Origin: Pirellulales bacterium
Lineage (GTDB): Bacteria > Planctomycetota > Planctomycetia > Pirellulales > UBA1268
Assembly (NCBI GenBank): GCA_040397585.1
Contig: JBBAVS010000006.1
Span: 669 to 64,668, forward strand
Length of the DNA stretch: 64,000 nucleotides
Direction of reading: 5' to 3'
A program made the position numbers and the translations under genes. Under the pieces are notes generated by a model. That model searched no databases, was not told the origin of the DNA, and saw only the letters and a program-made list of their open reading frames with translations. Below, piece after piece: positions 30,687-41,300 of this stretch (position 1 is its first letter; each line of letters starts with the position of its first letter).

Positions 30687-31637
30687 ATGCATCTCCGCTC
30701 CGCCGTTGTCTGCCTGCTCCTGTTCGTCGCCCCGGCGGCCCGCCCCGCCGCCGCGGACGTGCCCCGAGAACTCGTGGCCTTCGGCCCACCGTCGGCCGAC
30801 CCGCTGTTCGCGGGCGGCGGCGCGGAGGCCTGGGATCGCGACTTACGGGAGCGGGGCTGGATTCTGCGGCACGGCGGCCGCTGGCACCTCTGGTACACCG
30901 GCTCCAATCCTGACCGCGATCGGGTGCGGCGGCTCGGCCATGCGACGAGCCCCGACGGGCTTACCTGGCAGCGCACCGCGGGCCCGCTCCTGCCCGACCG
31001 CTGGATCGAGGACGTGTGCGTGGCCGCGGCGCGAAGCCGCACCGGGGAAACTTTCCTCATGGTCGCCGAGGGGGAGCACGACATCGCCCACCTGCTCGTC
31101 TCGCGGGATCTCGCGTCGTGGCGGCCCTGCGGCCCGCTCGACATCCGCCTCACCTCCGGCGCGGCGATTCCCGATGGGCCGCGAGGCACGCCCACGCTCT
31201 GGATCGACCGCGGGCTCGTGCATCTCTACTACGAGCGGTTCGACGACGGCGTCTGGCTGGCCACCTCGCGCGACGGCCGCACGTTCACCAACGTCAGCGA
31301 CGAACCGGTGCTCGCCTGCGGCCCCGAGGCGTACGATCGCCACGGCATCGCGATCGACCAGATCGTGCGGTTCGACGGCCGCTTTTTCGCCTACTACCAC
31401 GCCAGCCCCGATCCCGACCGGAAAACGTGGCAGACGTGCCTGGCCTCGAGCGCCGACCTCGTCCACTGGGAGAAGTGGGAGGGCAACCCCGTCCTACCGG
31501 TGGACCCCGCGCATCCCAAGCGGTCGAGCGCCACGCTCGTCCACGACGGCCGCCGGCTGCGGCTCTACACCACGCACCCGGACGTCCGCGTGCGGTTCTC
31601 CGTCGATCCCGTCGCGGCCGAGCGGCTCAGGCGGTGA
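30687..31637 (+). CDS. Secreted five-bladed beta-propeller glycosyl-hydrolase-like protein (GH43/GH32/GH130-clan-like)
   Basis: MHLRSAVVCLLLFVAPAARPAAA signal. Repeated W.LWYTG / HATSPDGLTW / LATSRDGRTF / LASSADLVHW blade signatures. Exact family not assignable by eye. Confidence 0.6.
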   Translation: MHLRSAVVCLLLFVAPAARPAAADVPRELVAFGPPSADPLFAGGGAEAWDRDLRERGWILRHGGRWHLWYTGSNPDRDRVRRLGHATSPDGLTWQRTAGPLLPDRWIEDVCVAAARSRTGETFLMVAEGEHDIAHLLVSRDLASWRPCGPLDIRLTSGAAIPDGPRGTPTLWIDRGLVHLYYERFDDGVWLATSRDGRTFTNVSDEPVLACGPEAYDRHGIAIDQIVRFDGRFFAYYHASPDPDRKTWQTCLASSADLVHWEKWEGNPVLPVDPAHPKRSSATLVHDGRRLRLYTTHPDVRVRFSVDPVAAERLRR

Positions 31638-33036
31638 CCGGGTCGATGAACATCGCCCGGGCGTTGCCGTGGCAGACGCCGGCGACCACGGCGTCGAGCC
31701 AGTCGCGGCGGTCGGGGAGCCGGCCGCCGGCGACGTCGCTGCCGAGCAGGTCGCAGAGAATCCGCCGGAAGTATTCGTGCCGCGGATACGAGAGGAACGA
31801 CCGCGAGTCGGTGACCATCCCCACGAACCGCGCGAGCAGGCCTAGGTCGGAGAGCATGTTCATCTGGTCGCGCATGCCCCGCTCCTGATCCATGAACCAC
31901 CAGCCGCTGCCCCACTGCATCTTGCCGGGGATGATGCCGTCTTGGAACGAGCCCGGCATCGCGCCGAACACGGCGTTATCGGCGGGGTTGATGTTGTAGA
32001 GGATCGTGCGGCCGAGGGTGTTTTCCCCCGAGAGCCGGCCGAGGAAGCGGACGAGCCCTGGCCCCTGCGGCAGGTCGCCGATCGTGTCGCAGCCGGCGTC
32101 GGCGCCGAGCCGCTTGGCGAGCAAGAGGTTGGGGTCGCGAAAGGCGCCGAGGTGGAGCTGGGTGACGAAGCCGCGGGCGTGGTTGAGCCGGGCGACGTGG
32201 AGCGCCACGTGCGTGGCGAAGCGGTCGGCCTCCTCGGGCGTGGCGGCGGTGCCGGCCAGCGCCCGCTGCCAGATCGCGGTGGCCTCGGCGTCGGTGAGGT
32301 GCGTGGCGGCGAGCACGTCGAGCCCGTGGTCGCTGGCCCGGCAGCCGGCGGCGGCAAAGTCGGCGTGCCGCTTGGCGAGGGCCGCGAGCAGCCCGGCGTG
32401 GGTGTCGGTGGCGACGCCGGAGATGTCGGCGAGCTTCTGCGCCCAGGCCCTCACCTTCTCGGGCTGATGCACCTTGCCCGCCACGTCGGGGCGGAAGGTG
32501 GGCACGACCTTCACGGGGAAGCCCGAGGCGGCGATGCGGGCGTGCCAGTCGAGTGGGTCGGCGGGATCGTCGGTGGTGCCGACGAGCGCCACGTTCATCT
32601 TCGTGAGGATGCCGCGGGCGGTGAGCGGGCCGGTGGCGAGCTGGCGGTTGGCCTCCGTCCAGACCTGCTCGGCGGTGGTGCCGTCGAGCAGGTCGTCGAT
32701 GCCGAAGTGCCGGCGGAGCTCGAGGTGGGTCCAGTGAAAGAGCGGATTTCGCAGCGTGTGCGGCATCGTCTCCGCCCACGCCTGAAACTTCTCCCGCGGC
32801 GTGGCGGAGCCGGTGATCCGCTCCTCGTTCACGCCGTCGGCCCGCATCGCCCGCCACTTGTAGTGGTCTCCCTCCAGCCAGGCGGCGTGGAGGGAGTCGA
32901 ACCGCCGATCCTCGGCGATGTCCTGCGGGCTCAGGTGGCAGTGGTAGTCGACGATCGGCTGCGACGCCGCCACCCGGTGGTAGAGGTCGGCCGCCACCGG
33001 GGTGGAGAGCAGGAAGGCGCCGTCGCAGAATCCCAT
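31627..33036 (-). CDS. uxaC: Glucuronate (uronate) isomerase
   Basis: IVDYHCHLSPQDI, EGDHYKWRAMR and NPLFHWTHLELRR. 469 aa. 11-nt convergent overlap with the previous gene. Confidence 0.93.
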   Translation of the reverse strand: MGFCDGAFLLSTPVAADLYHRVAASQPIVDYHCHLSPQDIAEDRRFDSLHAAWLEGDHYKWRAMRADGVNEERITGSATPREKFQAWAETMPHTLRNPLFHWTHLELRRHFGIDDLLDGTTAEQVWTEANRQLATGPLTARGILTKMNVALVGTTDDPADPLDWHARIAASGFPVKVVPTFRPDVAGKVHQPEKVRAWAQKLADISGVATDTHAGLLAALAKRHADFAAAGCRASDHGLDVLAATHLTDAEATAIWQRALAGTAATPEEADRFATHVALHVARLNHARGFVTQLHLGAFRDPNLLLAKRLGADAGCDTIGDLPQGPGLVRFLGRLSGENTLGRTILYNINPADNAVFGAMPGSFQDGIIPGKMQWGSGWWFMDQERGMRDQMNMLSDLGLLARFVGMVTDSRSFLSYPRHEYFRRILCDLLGSDVAGGRLPDRRDWLDAVVAGVCHGNARAMFIDPVTA

Positions 33037-33043
33037 GATCTGC

Positions 33044-33508
33044 CTACCGCTTCGCGAGGGCGTCGCGGATCTCGCGGAGCAGTACCACGTCTTCCGGCGG
33101 CGGCGGCGGCTCCGCGGTCGTGACCGTGTCGAACTTCGCCTTGGCGGAGTTGAGCGCCTTGATGACGAGGAAGATCGCCCCGGCCACGAGCAGGAAGTCG
33201 ACCACCGACTGGATGAAGGGGCCGTAGTTCAGGACGGGGTAGTTCTGAAACGCCATCACCGGCTTGCCGTCCTCCATCACCATCGTGCCGTCGGCGTTGA
33301 GCTTCGGGGCCTCGGTCTGGATCTTGTAGGCGAGGTCGGTGAAGTTCACGCCGAACTTGCTCGTCAGCAGGTTCAGGGGGGGCATGATGATGTTGGCGAC
33401 GAGCGAGCTGATGATCTTGCCGAACGCGCTGCCGATCACCACGCCGACGGCGAGGTCGATCACGTTGCCGCGCATCGCGAAGTCACGAAATTCTTTGAGC
33501 AGGCCCAT
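33044..33508 (-). CDS. mscL: Large-conductance mechanosensitive channel
   Basis: MGLLKEFRDFAMRGNVIDLAVGVVIGSAFGKIISSLV is the canonical MscL N-terminus. 154 aa. Confidence 0.95.
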   Translation of the reverse strand: MGLLKEFRDFAMRGNVIDLAVGVVIGSAFGKIISSLVANIIMPPLNLLTSKFGVNFTDLAYKIQTEAPKLNADGTMVMEDGKPVMAFQNYPVLNYGPFIQSVVDFLLVAGAIFLVIKALNSAKAKFDTVTTAEPPPPPEDVVLLREIRDALAKR

Positions 33509-33642
33509 GGTGCGATGTTTCCGGGGTGATGGGGACGGGGGCGACAGTATGCCGTGGCGCGGGCCGCCGCTTCAACAGTCGCCGGTGGGGGAAGGGGCGG
33601 GTAGATTGGCCCGAGTCCCCGTCCCACCCGGTGCCGCCCTGC

Positions 33643-35727
33643 ATGTCGACGATCGGCCTCGCCCTCTCCGGCGGCGGATTCCGCGCCACGCTCTACCACC
33701 TCGGCGTGATCCGCTACCTGCGGGACAGCGGCTCGCTGCCCCTGATCGGCGACATCGCGGCGGTGTCTGGGGGCAGCATCCTGGCCGCCCACCTCGTCCT
33801 CAACTGGGACCGCTACACCGGCACCGACGCCGAGTTCGCGGAGGCGGCCGGCGAGATCATCCGCTTCGTGCAGCACGATGTCCGCAACCGGATCGTCCGC
33901 CGCCTGCCGCTGCTGTTTCCGGTCAGGCTGTTCGGCAAGCTCACCGGCTGGTCGGCGGCTGGATTCACCCCCAACGCGCTGCTCGAGAAGTATTACCGCA
34001 CGTTCCTCTACGGCGACCGGCGGCTGTTCGAGCTCCCCGAGCAGCCGGCCCTGCACATGCTCGCCACCAACGTCAGCGACGGGGTGATGGCGGTGTTCAA
34101 CCGCGACGGCCTCCACATCCAGAAGCGGGAGCAGGGAGAGACCGATCCGTTCCGGCACATCACGGGGCAGACGGCGACCATCGCCAAGGTGGTGAGCGCC
34201 TCGTCGGCGTTTCCGGGGTTCTTTCCGCCGGTGGCGATCACGGCCCACGATCTCGGCGTGCACGAGGGGCAGTTTCCCACCGAGTCGTTCACCGACGGCG
34301 GCGTGTATGACAACCTCGGCATCCGCGGCTTCGCCTGGCTCACCGAGCAATGCGGCCGGTCGTATCACCGTGTGATCGTCAGCGACGCCGGGAAGCCCTT
34401 TCGGATCCTCGGCAACGCGCCGCTGGGGTTCATCGCGCAGTCGATCCGCGCCACCGACATCCTCTGGGACCGCGTCTGGCAGCTGGAGCGGGAGAACTTC
34501 GGCGATCAGAACGGATTCCACTTCCTGCCGGTGACGCACATCGTCGATGTGCACGAGGATCCGCACGGCATGCATCCGGTGGTGCAGGCGGAGGTGTCGG
34601 GCATCCGCACCGACCTCGACCGGTTCAGCGATCTGGAGGTCAACGCCCTGGTGGCCCATGGCTACGAGGTGGCCCGCAGCTTCCACCGCCGGATCGGCGC
34701 GAAGGCCCTGAAGCCGGTCCACGACGGCCCCCCGTGGGAGCCGCTGCCGGGCCGGCATTCGGTGGTCGCTCCCGCGGCGGCGCCGGCCGCGCATGGCACC
34801 GCCCGCACCCAGGGCACGAGCTCGTCGGCCCGCCTCGAGGAGCAGCTGCGTCGCTCCAGCCACCGCAAGGTGTGGGCCACGCTCCTCGACTGGAAGGACT
34901 GGCCGAGCTACCTCTACGTGGCCCTCGGCCTGTTGGCCTTCATCTATCTGCCGATGCGGTTTTACGCGGTGCACCAGCGGGCCGCGATGCTCACCAGCGT
35001 GATCGACTCGATCGCCAAGGGCGACCCCGACATCCGGCTCGTGCTCGATCTCGTGGAGAGCGATCCGGTGGCCGGCTGGCAGAAGCTCGAGATCGTCGAT
35101 GCCGCCGAGCCGACCACCGACGACTATGCCGGCGTGGAGATCCTCTCCTTCAGCCGGATCAACGATCTGCGGATGGCCTGGAGCGGCGGCCTGCGGCCCG
35201 ACCTCGGCGGCCAGGTGCACTTCCGCGACCGCGTGGTGCTCCGTGTGACCGAGGAGGCCCGGCGGCAGAAGGGGATGGTGTTTCGCACCGCGCTGCCGCT
35301 GGAAGATGTCGACTACCGGCAGCCGAAGGGGAGCTTACCGGCGCGGGTGCGGCGGGCGCGAGACCGGTTGGCCGACGGCACCGAGGAAATCCACTACGAG
35401 TTTCACGTCGACCTCTCGACCGCGCCGCTCGGGGAGCCGGTGTCGCTCGAGCTGGCGGCGATGGTGCGGTTCAAGTCGCTGCCCGCGGGCCGGCTGCCGC
35501 TGCTGATGCAGTTCAACGCCGATCTGCTCACGGTCTGGATGCTGTTTCCCGATGACCATCCCTACGAGCGCTACCAGCTCGTCAGCTATCCCCGCGGCCG
35601 CGACGCGGAGGCTTTACCGCTCCCGTCGCGCTACACGATCGATCATCCCTACGGCCGGTTGATCGGCTGGTCGTTGATCATGCCCCGTCAGGGCAGCGTG
35701 TACGAGTGCCGCTGGTCGGGCCGATGA
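33643..35727 (+). CDS. Patatin-like phospholipase with a predicted TM helix and a roughly 250-aa C-terminal domain of unknown function
   Basis: Start reset to the ATG at 33643. Contains LSGGGFRA oxyanion loop, AVSGGS nucleophile motif, DGGVYDNLG catalytic Asp, and the hydrophobic helix WPSYLYVALGLLAFIYLPMRFYAV (about 34899-34970). Confidence 0.85.
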   Translation: MSTIGLALSGGGFRATLYHLGVIRYLRDSGSLPLIGDIAAVSGGSILAAHLVLNWDRYTGTDAEFAEAAGEIIRFVQHDVRNRIVRRLPLLFPVRLFGKLTGWSAAGFTPNALLEKYYRTFLYGDRRLFELPEQPALHMLATNVSDGVMAVFNRDGLHIQKREQGETDPFRHITGQTATIAKVVSASSAFPGFFPPVAITAHDLGVHEGQFPTESFTDGGVYDNLGIRGFAWLTEQCGRSYHRVIVSDAGKPFRILGNAPLGFIAQSIRATDILWDRVWQLERENFGDQNGFHFLPVTHIVDVHEDPHGMHPVVQAEVSGIRTDLDRFSDLEVNALVAHGYEVARSFHRRIGAKALKPVHDGPPWEPLPGRHSVVAPAAAPAAHGTARTQGTSSSARLEEQLRRSSHRKVWATLLDWKDWPSYLYVALGLLAFIYLPMRFYAVHQRAAMLTSVIDSIAKGDPDIRLVLDLVESDPVAGWQKLEIVDAAEPTTDDYAGVEILSFSRINDLRMAWSGGLRPDLGGQVHFRDRVVLRVTEEARRQKGMVFRTALPLEDVDYRQPKGSLPARVRRARDRLADGTEEIHYEFHVDLSTAPLGEPVSLELAAMVRFKSLPAGRLPLLMQFNADLLTVWMLFPDDHPYERYQLVSYPRGRDAEALPLPSRYTIDHPYGRLIGWSLIMPRQGSVYECRWSGR

Positions 35728-35740
35728 GCCGGGGAGGGCG

Positions 35741-36115
35741 TCAGCGGCAGAGCCGCAGGCCGGCCCACACGGCCACGAGGCCGGCGACGTTCGTGAGCGC
35801 CATGTAGGCGAGCGCTGCGGCGGCGCGGCCCGATTCGAGCAGCGCCACCGACTGGAAGGCGAAGCTCGAATAGCTGGTGAAGCCGCCCAGGAGTCCGACG
35901 AGGAGCACCGTCTCCTGCTCCGGCGTGATGCCGCGGCCGCGGGTGAGCGCGGAGATCGCGCCAAACGCAAACGAGCCGATCACGTTGGCGGCGAGAGTTC
36001 CCCATGGAAACGAGGGCCCCAAGAGCTTGACAGCGGCCGTCGTGCAGCCGGCACGGAGCAGCGTGCCGACCGCACCGGCCGCTGCGAGAGCGACGAAGTG
36101 CACGAGGTGGTTCAT
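35741..36115 (-). CDS. crcB: Fluoride ion channel CrcB/FluC
   Basis: Start reset to the ATG at 36115. 124 aa, four hydrophobic helices, with FPWGTLAANVIGSF and GGFTSYSSF signature segments. Confidence 0.88.
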   Translation of the reverse strand: MNHLVHFVALAAAGAVGTLLRAGCTTAAVKLLGPSFPWGTLAANVIGSFAFGAISALTRGRGITPEQETVLLVGLLGGFTSYSSFAFQSVALLESGRAAAALAYMALTNVAGLVAVWAGLRLCR

Positions 36116-36312
36116 AGGGCGCTCACCCGGGATGACGGTGATCTCATCGACCGCCAGGCGGTGTCGGATTGCGTGGCCGCGGGTCTTGTCGGCAGCGTCC
36201 GGGAGATCGTGGGGGCTTGGGCAGGATCGGCGAACTGGGGCGTCGCGAACTGTCGCGATTGGCGTGCGTACTATTCCTTGTTCGCGGATGGTCAACCAAG
36301 GAGGGTTTCATC

Positions 36313-36474
36313 ATGGACGCGCATTTTCACGAGTATCTGGCGGCGGTGGCGGGCATGCAGGATCTCTACGGCCATCCGGCCGAGGATCACCCCACCGAGT
36401 TTCACGACGACGTCACGCCGCCGGCCGACGTAGCTGAGCCGGTGGTGGTCGCGGCGGTCGCCTCGTCGATCTGA
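36313..36474 (+). CDS. Small acidic His-rich hypothetical protein (53 aa)
   Basis: AAGGAGG lies 8 nt upstream of the ATG at 36313. Sequence: MDAHFHEYLAAVAGMQDLYGHPAEDHPTEFHDDVTPPADVAEPVVVAAVASSI. No homolog recognised. Confidence 0.45.
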   Translation: MDAHFHEYLAAVAGMQDLYGHPAEDHPTEFHDDVTPPADVAEPVVVAAVASSI

Positions 36475-36590
36475 GGCGGCGGGCACGGGCGCGTGATGCA
36501 TGCTGGTCGCCGTCAGTGGGCGCCTCACCGCGAGTGGATGTGGGGTGTCATACTGCCGCCACCATCAACCCTCCCGGGGCCACGGCTCTC

Positions 36591-37505
36591 ATGAGTAGCT
36601 CGTCGCGTCGCGTGTTCCTCGCCTCGTCGGCCGTCGGGATCGTCGCCGGCGCGGCGGGGCGACGGCTGCCTGCGGCCGAGGCTGCCGAAGGCCGGCGGTT
36701 TCCGGTGGTCGGCTTCACGAAGCCGTTCAGCGACCTCTCCTGCGACGCCACTGCGGACCTCGTGGCGGAGGTTGGCTGGGACGGCGTCGAGGTCGCCGTG
36801 CGGGACGGCAGCTCCACGCACATCGCCCCGGACCGCGTCGAGGAGGATCTCCCGCGGATGGTTGAGGCCCTGAGGAAGCGAGGCAAGCAGCTCGCGATCG
36901 TCACCACGAGCGTGGTCGCCCTCGACCCGGCCGGCGAGCGGGTGCTCAAGGCCACCGCCGCCGCCGGCATCCCGCGGGTGCGGCTCGGGTTCCTCAAGTA
37001 TCAAAGCGCTGGCGATCCGTCGCGGCGGGTCGCCGAGCTGCACGCGGCGCTCGCCGACGTGGCCGCCGCCTGCCGCGATCTCGGCCTCCAGGCCGGCTAC
37101 CAGAACCACTCGGGCGCCGAGTATGTGGGCGCCGCCGTCTGGGACCTGCACGAGGCGCTTGCGGATCTCGACCCGAAGCACGTGGGGGGCTGCTTCGACA
37201 TCGCCCACGCGACCGTCGAGGGCGGGCTCGCTTGGCCGCTCCACGCCCGCCTCATGGCCGATCACCTCGTCGCCGTGTTCTGCAAGGACTTCTTCTGGGA
37301 GCGGACGGACGCGGGCCAGAAGCTCCGCTGGTGCCCGCTGGGCGAGGGCGTGGTGCAGAAGTCGTTCTTCGACTGGCTGAAGACCACCCGCTTCTCCGGT
37401 CCGATCAGCCAGCACCACGAGTATGGCGGCCTGGGAAAGGGGCCGGCGCTCGTCGCTCAGCTGAAGCGCGACCTCGCGCGGCTCCGCGAATGGATCGGGG
37501 CGTGA
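36591..37505 (+). CDS. TAT-signal sugar phosphate isomerase/epimerase (xylose-isomerase-like TIM barrel)
   Basis: MSSSSRRVFLASSAVGIVAGAAG twin-arginine signal. Contains GWDGVEV, YQNHSG and CFDIAHA metal-ligand-type motifs. Confidence 0.8.
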   Translation: MSSSSRRVFLASSAVGIVAGAAGRRLPAAEAAEGRRFPVVGFTKPFSDLSCDATADLVAEVGWDGVEVAVRDGSSTHIAPDRVEEDLPRMVEALRKRGKQLAIVTTSVVALDPAGERVLKATAAAGIPRVRLGFLKYQSAGDPSRRVAELHAALADVAAACRDLGLQAGYQNHSGAEYVGAAVWDLHEALADLDPKHVGGCFDIAHATVEGGLAWPLHARLMADHLVAVFCKDFFWERTDAGQKLRWCPLGEGVVQKSFFDWLKTTRFSGPISQHHEYGGLGKGPALVAQLKRDLARLREWIGA

Positions 37506-37620
37506 TGGCCGCAGTGCGGCCGGGATGCGGTATCGTGACTGCGATCGATCCGTGAAGGCACGATCGTACCGCTGACGTGATGACGCTTCCTGGAACCGGC
37601 GGCCGACTGGAGTGTGCCTG

Positions 37621-38286
37621 ATGCATGACGACGTGATCGGGATCGTGCTCGCCGGCGGACGAGCGGAGCGGCTCGCCGCGCTCAACCTCGGCGCCGGCGG
37701 CAAGGCCGCGGTCGTCGTCGGCGGGGAGTCGTGCCTCGGTCGGGTCTGTCGTGCGCTGGCGACCGTGGTGCCGCGGGTGATCGTGGTGGCGGCGGCCGGA
37801 CAGCCGTTGCCGCCGCTCGCCGCCGGCGTCGAGATCATCCACGACACCACGCCGCACGCGGGGCCGCTGGCGGGGATTCGTGACGGCCTGGCGCACGGCC
37901 TGAGCCGCATGCCGGCGCCGCGGTTTGCGTTCGTGACGTCGTGCGACGTGCCGCTGCTCGCTCCCGCGGTGGTGCGGCTCTTGGTCGAGACGGCCCGGTC
38001 GTCGGCCGCGAGGATCGTCGTGCCGCTCGTGGCCGGCCACCCGCAGGTGCTCGCCGCGGTGTTCGCCTGCGACCTCTCGGTGTCGATCGCCAGGCTCGCC
38101 GCCGCCGGCCGTGGGCCACGGGCCGTCCTCGACGACCTCGCGGCGCGGGAGCCGGAGGCCGTGCGGGTCGTGGCGCCGGAGGAGCTCCGGCCGCTCGATC
38201 CCGATCTCGACTCGTTTCTCGACCTCGACACGCCCGCGGATCTGGTGCGGCTGGAATCCCGGGGAATCCCGCCTTCTTGGCCCTGA
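37621..38286 (+). CDS. mobA: Molybdenum cofactor guanylyltransferase
   Basis: MHDDVIGIVLAGGRAERL (the LAGGxxxRM-type motif) and TSCDVPLL. GGAG lies 10 nt upstream of ATG 37621; GTG 37612 is an alternative. Confidence 0.8.
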   Translation: MHDDVIGIVLAGGRAERLAALNLGAGGKAAVVVGGESCLGRVCRALATVVPRVIVVAAAGQPLPPLAAGVEIIHDTTPHAGPLAGIRDGLAHGLSRMPAPRFAFVTSCDVPLLAPAVVRLLVETARSSAARIVVPLVAGHPQVLAAVFACDLSVSIARLAAAGRGPRAVLDDLAAREPEAVRVVAPEELRPLDPDLDSFLDLDTPADLVRLESRGIPPSWP

Positions 38287-38309
38287 GGGCCACTCCTATA
38301 CTCCGCCGC

Positions 38310-41300
38310 ATGGCGAGGCGACACTCCGGTCACGGTGTGGGATCGAGGCCCCGGCGCCGCTGGGTGCGGGGACTCGTCGTCATCACCGCCGTGGCCGTGG
38401 CCATCGTTTCCGCCGCGCCAACCGTGCTCGTGCACACGCCCCTCCGCGATCAGCCGCTCGCGCTGGCGTTCGCCGGCATCGACGGCAGCATCACGAGCAG
38501 CGCCGCCTCGTGGCGCTGGATGGGCGGCGTCGAGTATCGCGACGTCGTGCTCCGAGACCGGTCGGGCCGCGCGGCCGTGTTCGTGCCGCGGCTTGCCCTC
38601 GACCGCGGGCTGCTCCGCCTGGCCTGCGAACCACGGTCGCTGGGCACGATGCGGTTCGTCGATCCGGAGGTACTCGTCGAGGTGCGCGGCGACGGCAGTT
38701 CGCTCGAAGACATCATCGCGCCGTGGCTGGCATCGACCGTCCGGCCGCAGGCGATCGAACTGGAGGTCGTCAACGGCACCGTCGAGCTCGTCGATACGGT
38801 GCATCGGGTCGCATGGCGGCTCTCCGACGTGATCGCGGCGGGCTCGCTGCAGGCCGACGGATCGCTCGCCGGCTGGACCGCCGCCGGCCGCCTGCGGCAC
38901 TCCGACGGGGCGGCGGCCGTCGGCAACCCCAGGGCGGCGGTGCCGCCGCCGGGAGCGCCGGTGCGGCTCGACCGCGCCACGATTCCCGCGGCGGCTGCCG
39001 CGGTGCTCGTCCGTGACGGCGGCTGGTCGCTCTCCTCGCCTCCCGCGGCGGCCGACGGCGGGCGGACGATCACGCTCGCCACGCACCGGCTGCCGCTCGG
39101 GGCCTCGACCGTCGTCGCCTCGCGATTCGGCCTGCCGTATCTCGTCGACGGAATCGCCGACCTCCGTCTCGACGTGTCGCTCGACGCGACCGGACGCCAT
39201 CTGGCGGGAGAAGCCGCGCTCGAGCGTTTCGCGGTCTGCGATGCCGAGACGCTCGCCGAGCAGCTGGCCATCGACCGCTGCCACGTGCCCTTCGATCTCT
39301 CGCTCGACACCGAGCGGATCGTGGTGCGAAGGCTCGAGGCCACGTCCGACGTGCTGCGGGCCCAGGCGACCGGAAGCGTGAGGATGCCGACGGCCCACGA
39401 TCCCGCCTGGGCCGAGCGGCTGATCGCGGACGATTTCACGGCGTCGATCGACATCGAACTGGCAGCGGCGGCGACCGCGCTGCCCGGGGGCCTGAGGGTG
39501 CGGCCCGACGTGCGTGTGACCGGAGGCAGCCTGCGGCTGGCGGCAGCGGCGCGCGGGGACGGTGGCGACCGGGTGGTGGAGCTGCGGGCGACGGTGCGGG
39601 ATCTGACCGCGGTCCGGTCGCCGGCGGCAGATGCGGCCGCCGGTGAACCGGCGCCGCGACCGCTGGCGTGGCCGGAGCCCTTCAGCGCCTGGGTCCGGGG
39701 CCGCCGCGGTCCCGGCCGTGGCGAGCGGCTGCGGATCGAAGAGGCGAAGCTCGTTTCGCAGGCCGTGGAGGCGACGGCGTCGGGCTCGCCGGCCGCGTTC
39801 GCGGTGCAGTGGCAGGCAGACCTCGCGGCCGTCGTGGGCGAACTGGCTCAGGTGCTCGACCTCGGCGCGGCCACCGCGGCGGGCACCTGCCGGGGTCGGC
39901 TCGACGTGGCGGCCGCCGGCTCCGGCGGCGGTCCCGGCTCGCTCACGCTCGCCGCGAGCCTCGTGGATGTCGAGGTGAACGTGCCGGGCCGGCCGACCTG
40001 GCGTGACGCGCAGCTCTCCCTCGAGGCGGAGGCCGAGGGGAGCGTGGTCTCCGGTGGCGCCGCGATCGATCGGGGCCGCGCGGTGATCGCGTCTGGCGAC
40101 GATCGGCTGGAGGCGTCGCTCGATGGTGGCGCCGTCGTCGATCTGGCGGCGGTCGTGGGGTTTCCGGCCGACGCCAGCGTGGCATGGATCCGGCCTGCGG
40201 CCAGTTCGACGGCGACCAAGGCCGCCTGGTCGCTGGTCGGCGATCTGGCCCGGTGGCAGCCGCGGCTGGCGACGATCCTGCCGACGTTCGCCACGCCGGG
40301 GCTCGAGCTCGCCGGCACGCTCAAGGCCGGCGCGGAGGTCGCACCGCAGGGGGATGTCTGGCAGTGGACGCGGGCGGGATGCGAGATCGAGAAGCTCGTC
40401 GTGCGGCACGACGGCCGCGAGATCGTCGAGCCGCGGGTCGTGATCACCTCTGCCGGCCGCATCGACGCGGTGTCGGGCCGCGTGGACATCACGTCGGGCG
40501 AGCTGCTCTCGACCAGCCTCTCGCTCCGCACTGGCGGCCTAGCGTGGCTACCGGCAACGGTCGCGGCCTCGGCCATCGAGCGGCTCCGCGGCCGCATGCA
40601 GTGGCAGGCCGACGTCGGTCGCGTGGAGCCGTGGCTCGTGCCGGCTGCCGTCGCGAAGTCGTGGCCCGCGGCCGGTCGCGGCTGGGGCACGATCGAGATC
40701 ATCGACACGCAGGCGGGCGTGAACCTGCTCGTAGAGGCGACGGGCAGCCAGCTCATGCTCGCCTCCGGCGGTCGCGAAGGGCAGGCGGCGCGGCCGGTGT
40801 GGAGCGAACCGCGGGTGGCCGGGGCGCTGGAGGTGACGCGTCCACGCGTCGCGTCGGGCACGCTCGCCGACCAGCTGCGCATCGATCGGCTCTCGGTCGA
40901 GTCGTCCACGCTCGCCGTGGCCGCGACGGGGCGGCTCGACGACTGGTCAACGCGGCGGGTCATGATGCTCGAGGGCACGGCCGCCTACGACTGGCAGCAG
41001 GTCTCCCGGCTGATCTCCCCGTGGACGGGCGGAAGGATCCGGCTCGTGGGCTCGGAGGGCCGCCCCTTCGCGCTGCGGGTGCCGTTGGCGGCCGCCGACA
41101 GCCTGGCCGAGATGGCGGCGTCGGGAGGCGGTCCTGCGTCGGCGACGGTGCCGCTTCCCGCCGACTGGCTGGCCGCGACTCGCGGCACCGATGCGGAGCC
41201 CGATCTCGCGGTGCGGGTCACGCGGCCGGCGAGCACGACGACCCGCCCTGCCGATGACCGGCTCAAGTCGCTGGCGATCGACACGACAGCCGCCTGGAGT

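Noticed and set aside
36116-36300. Fluoride (crcB-motif) riboswitch upstream of crcB
   Set aside because: On the minus strand I find GGTCGATGAGATCACCG. However, neither the conserved ..AAAC.GCC.. junction nor the 3' CUGAUGA..CCU element of the crcB motif is present. A covariance-model scan (Rfam RF01734) would settle it.
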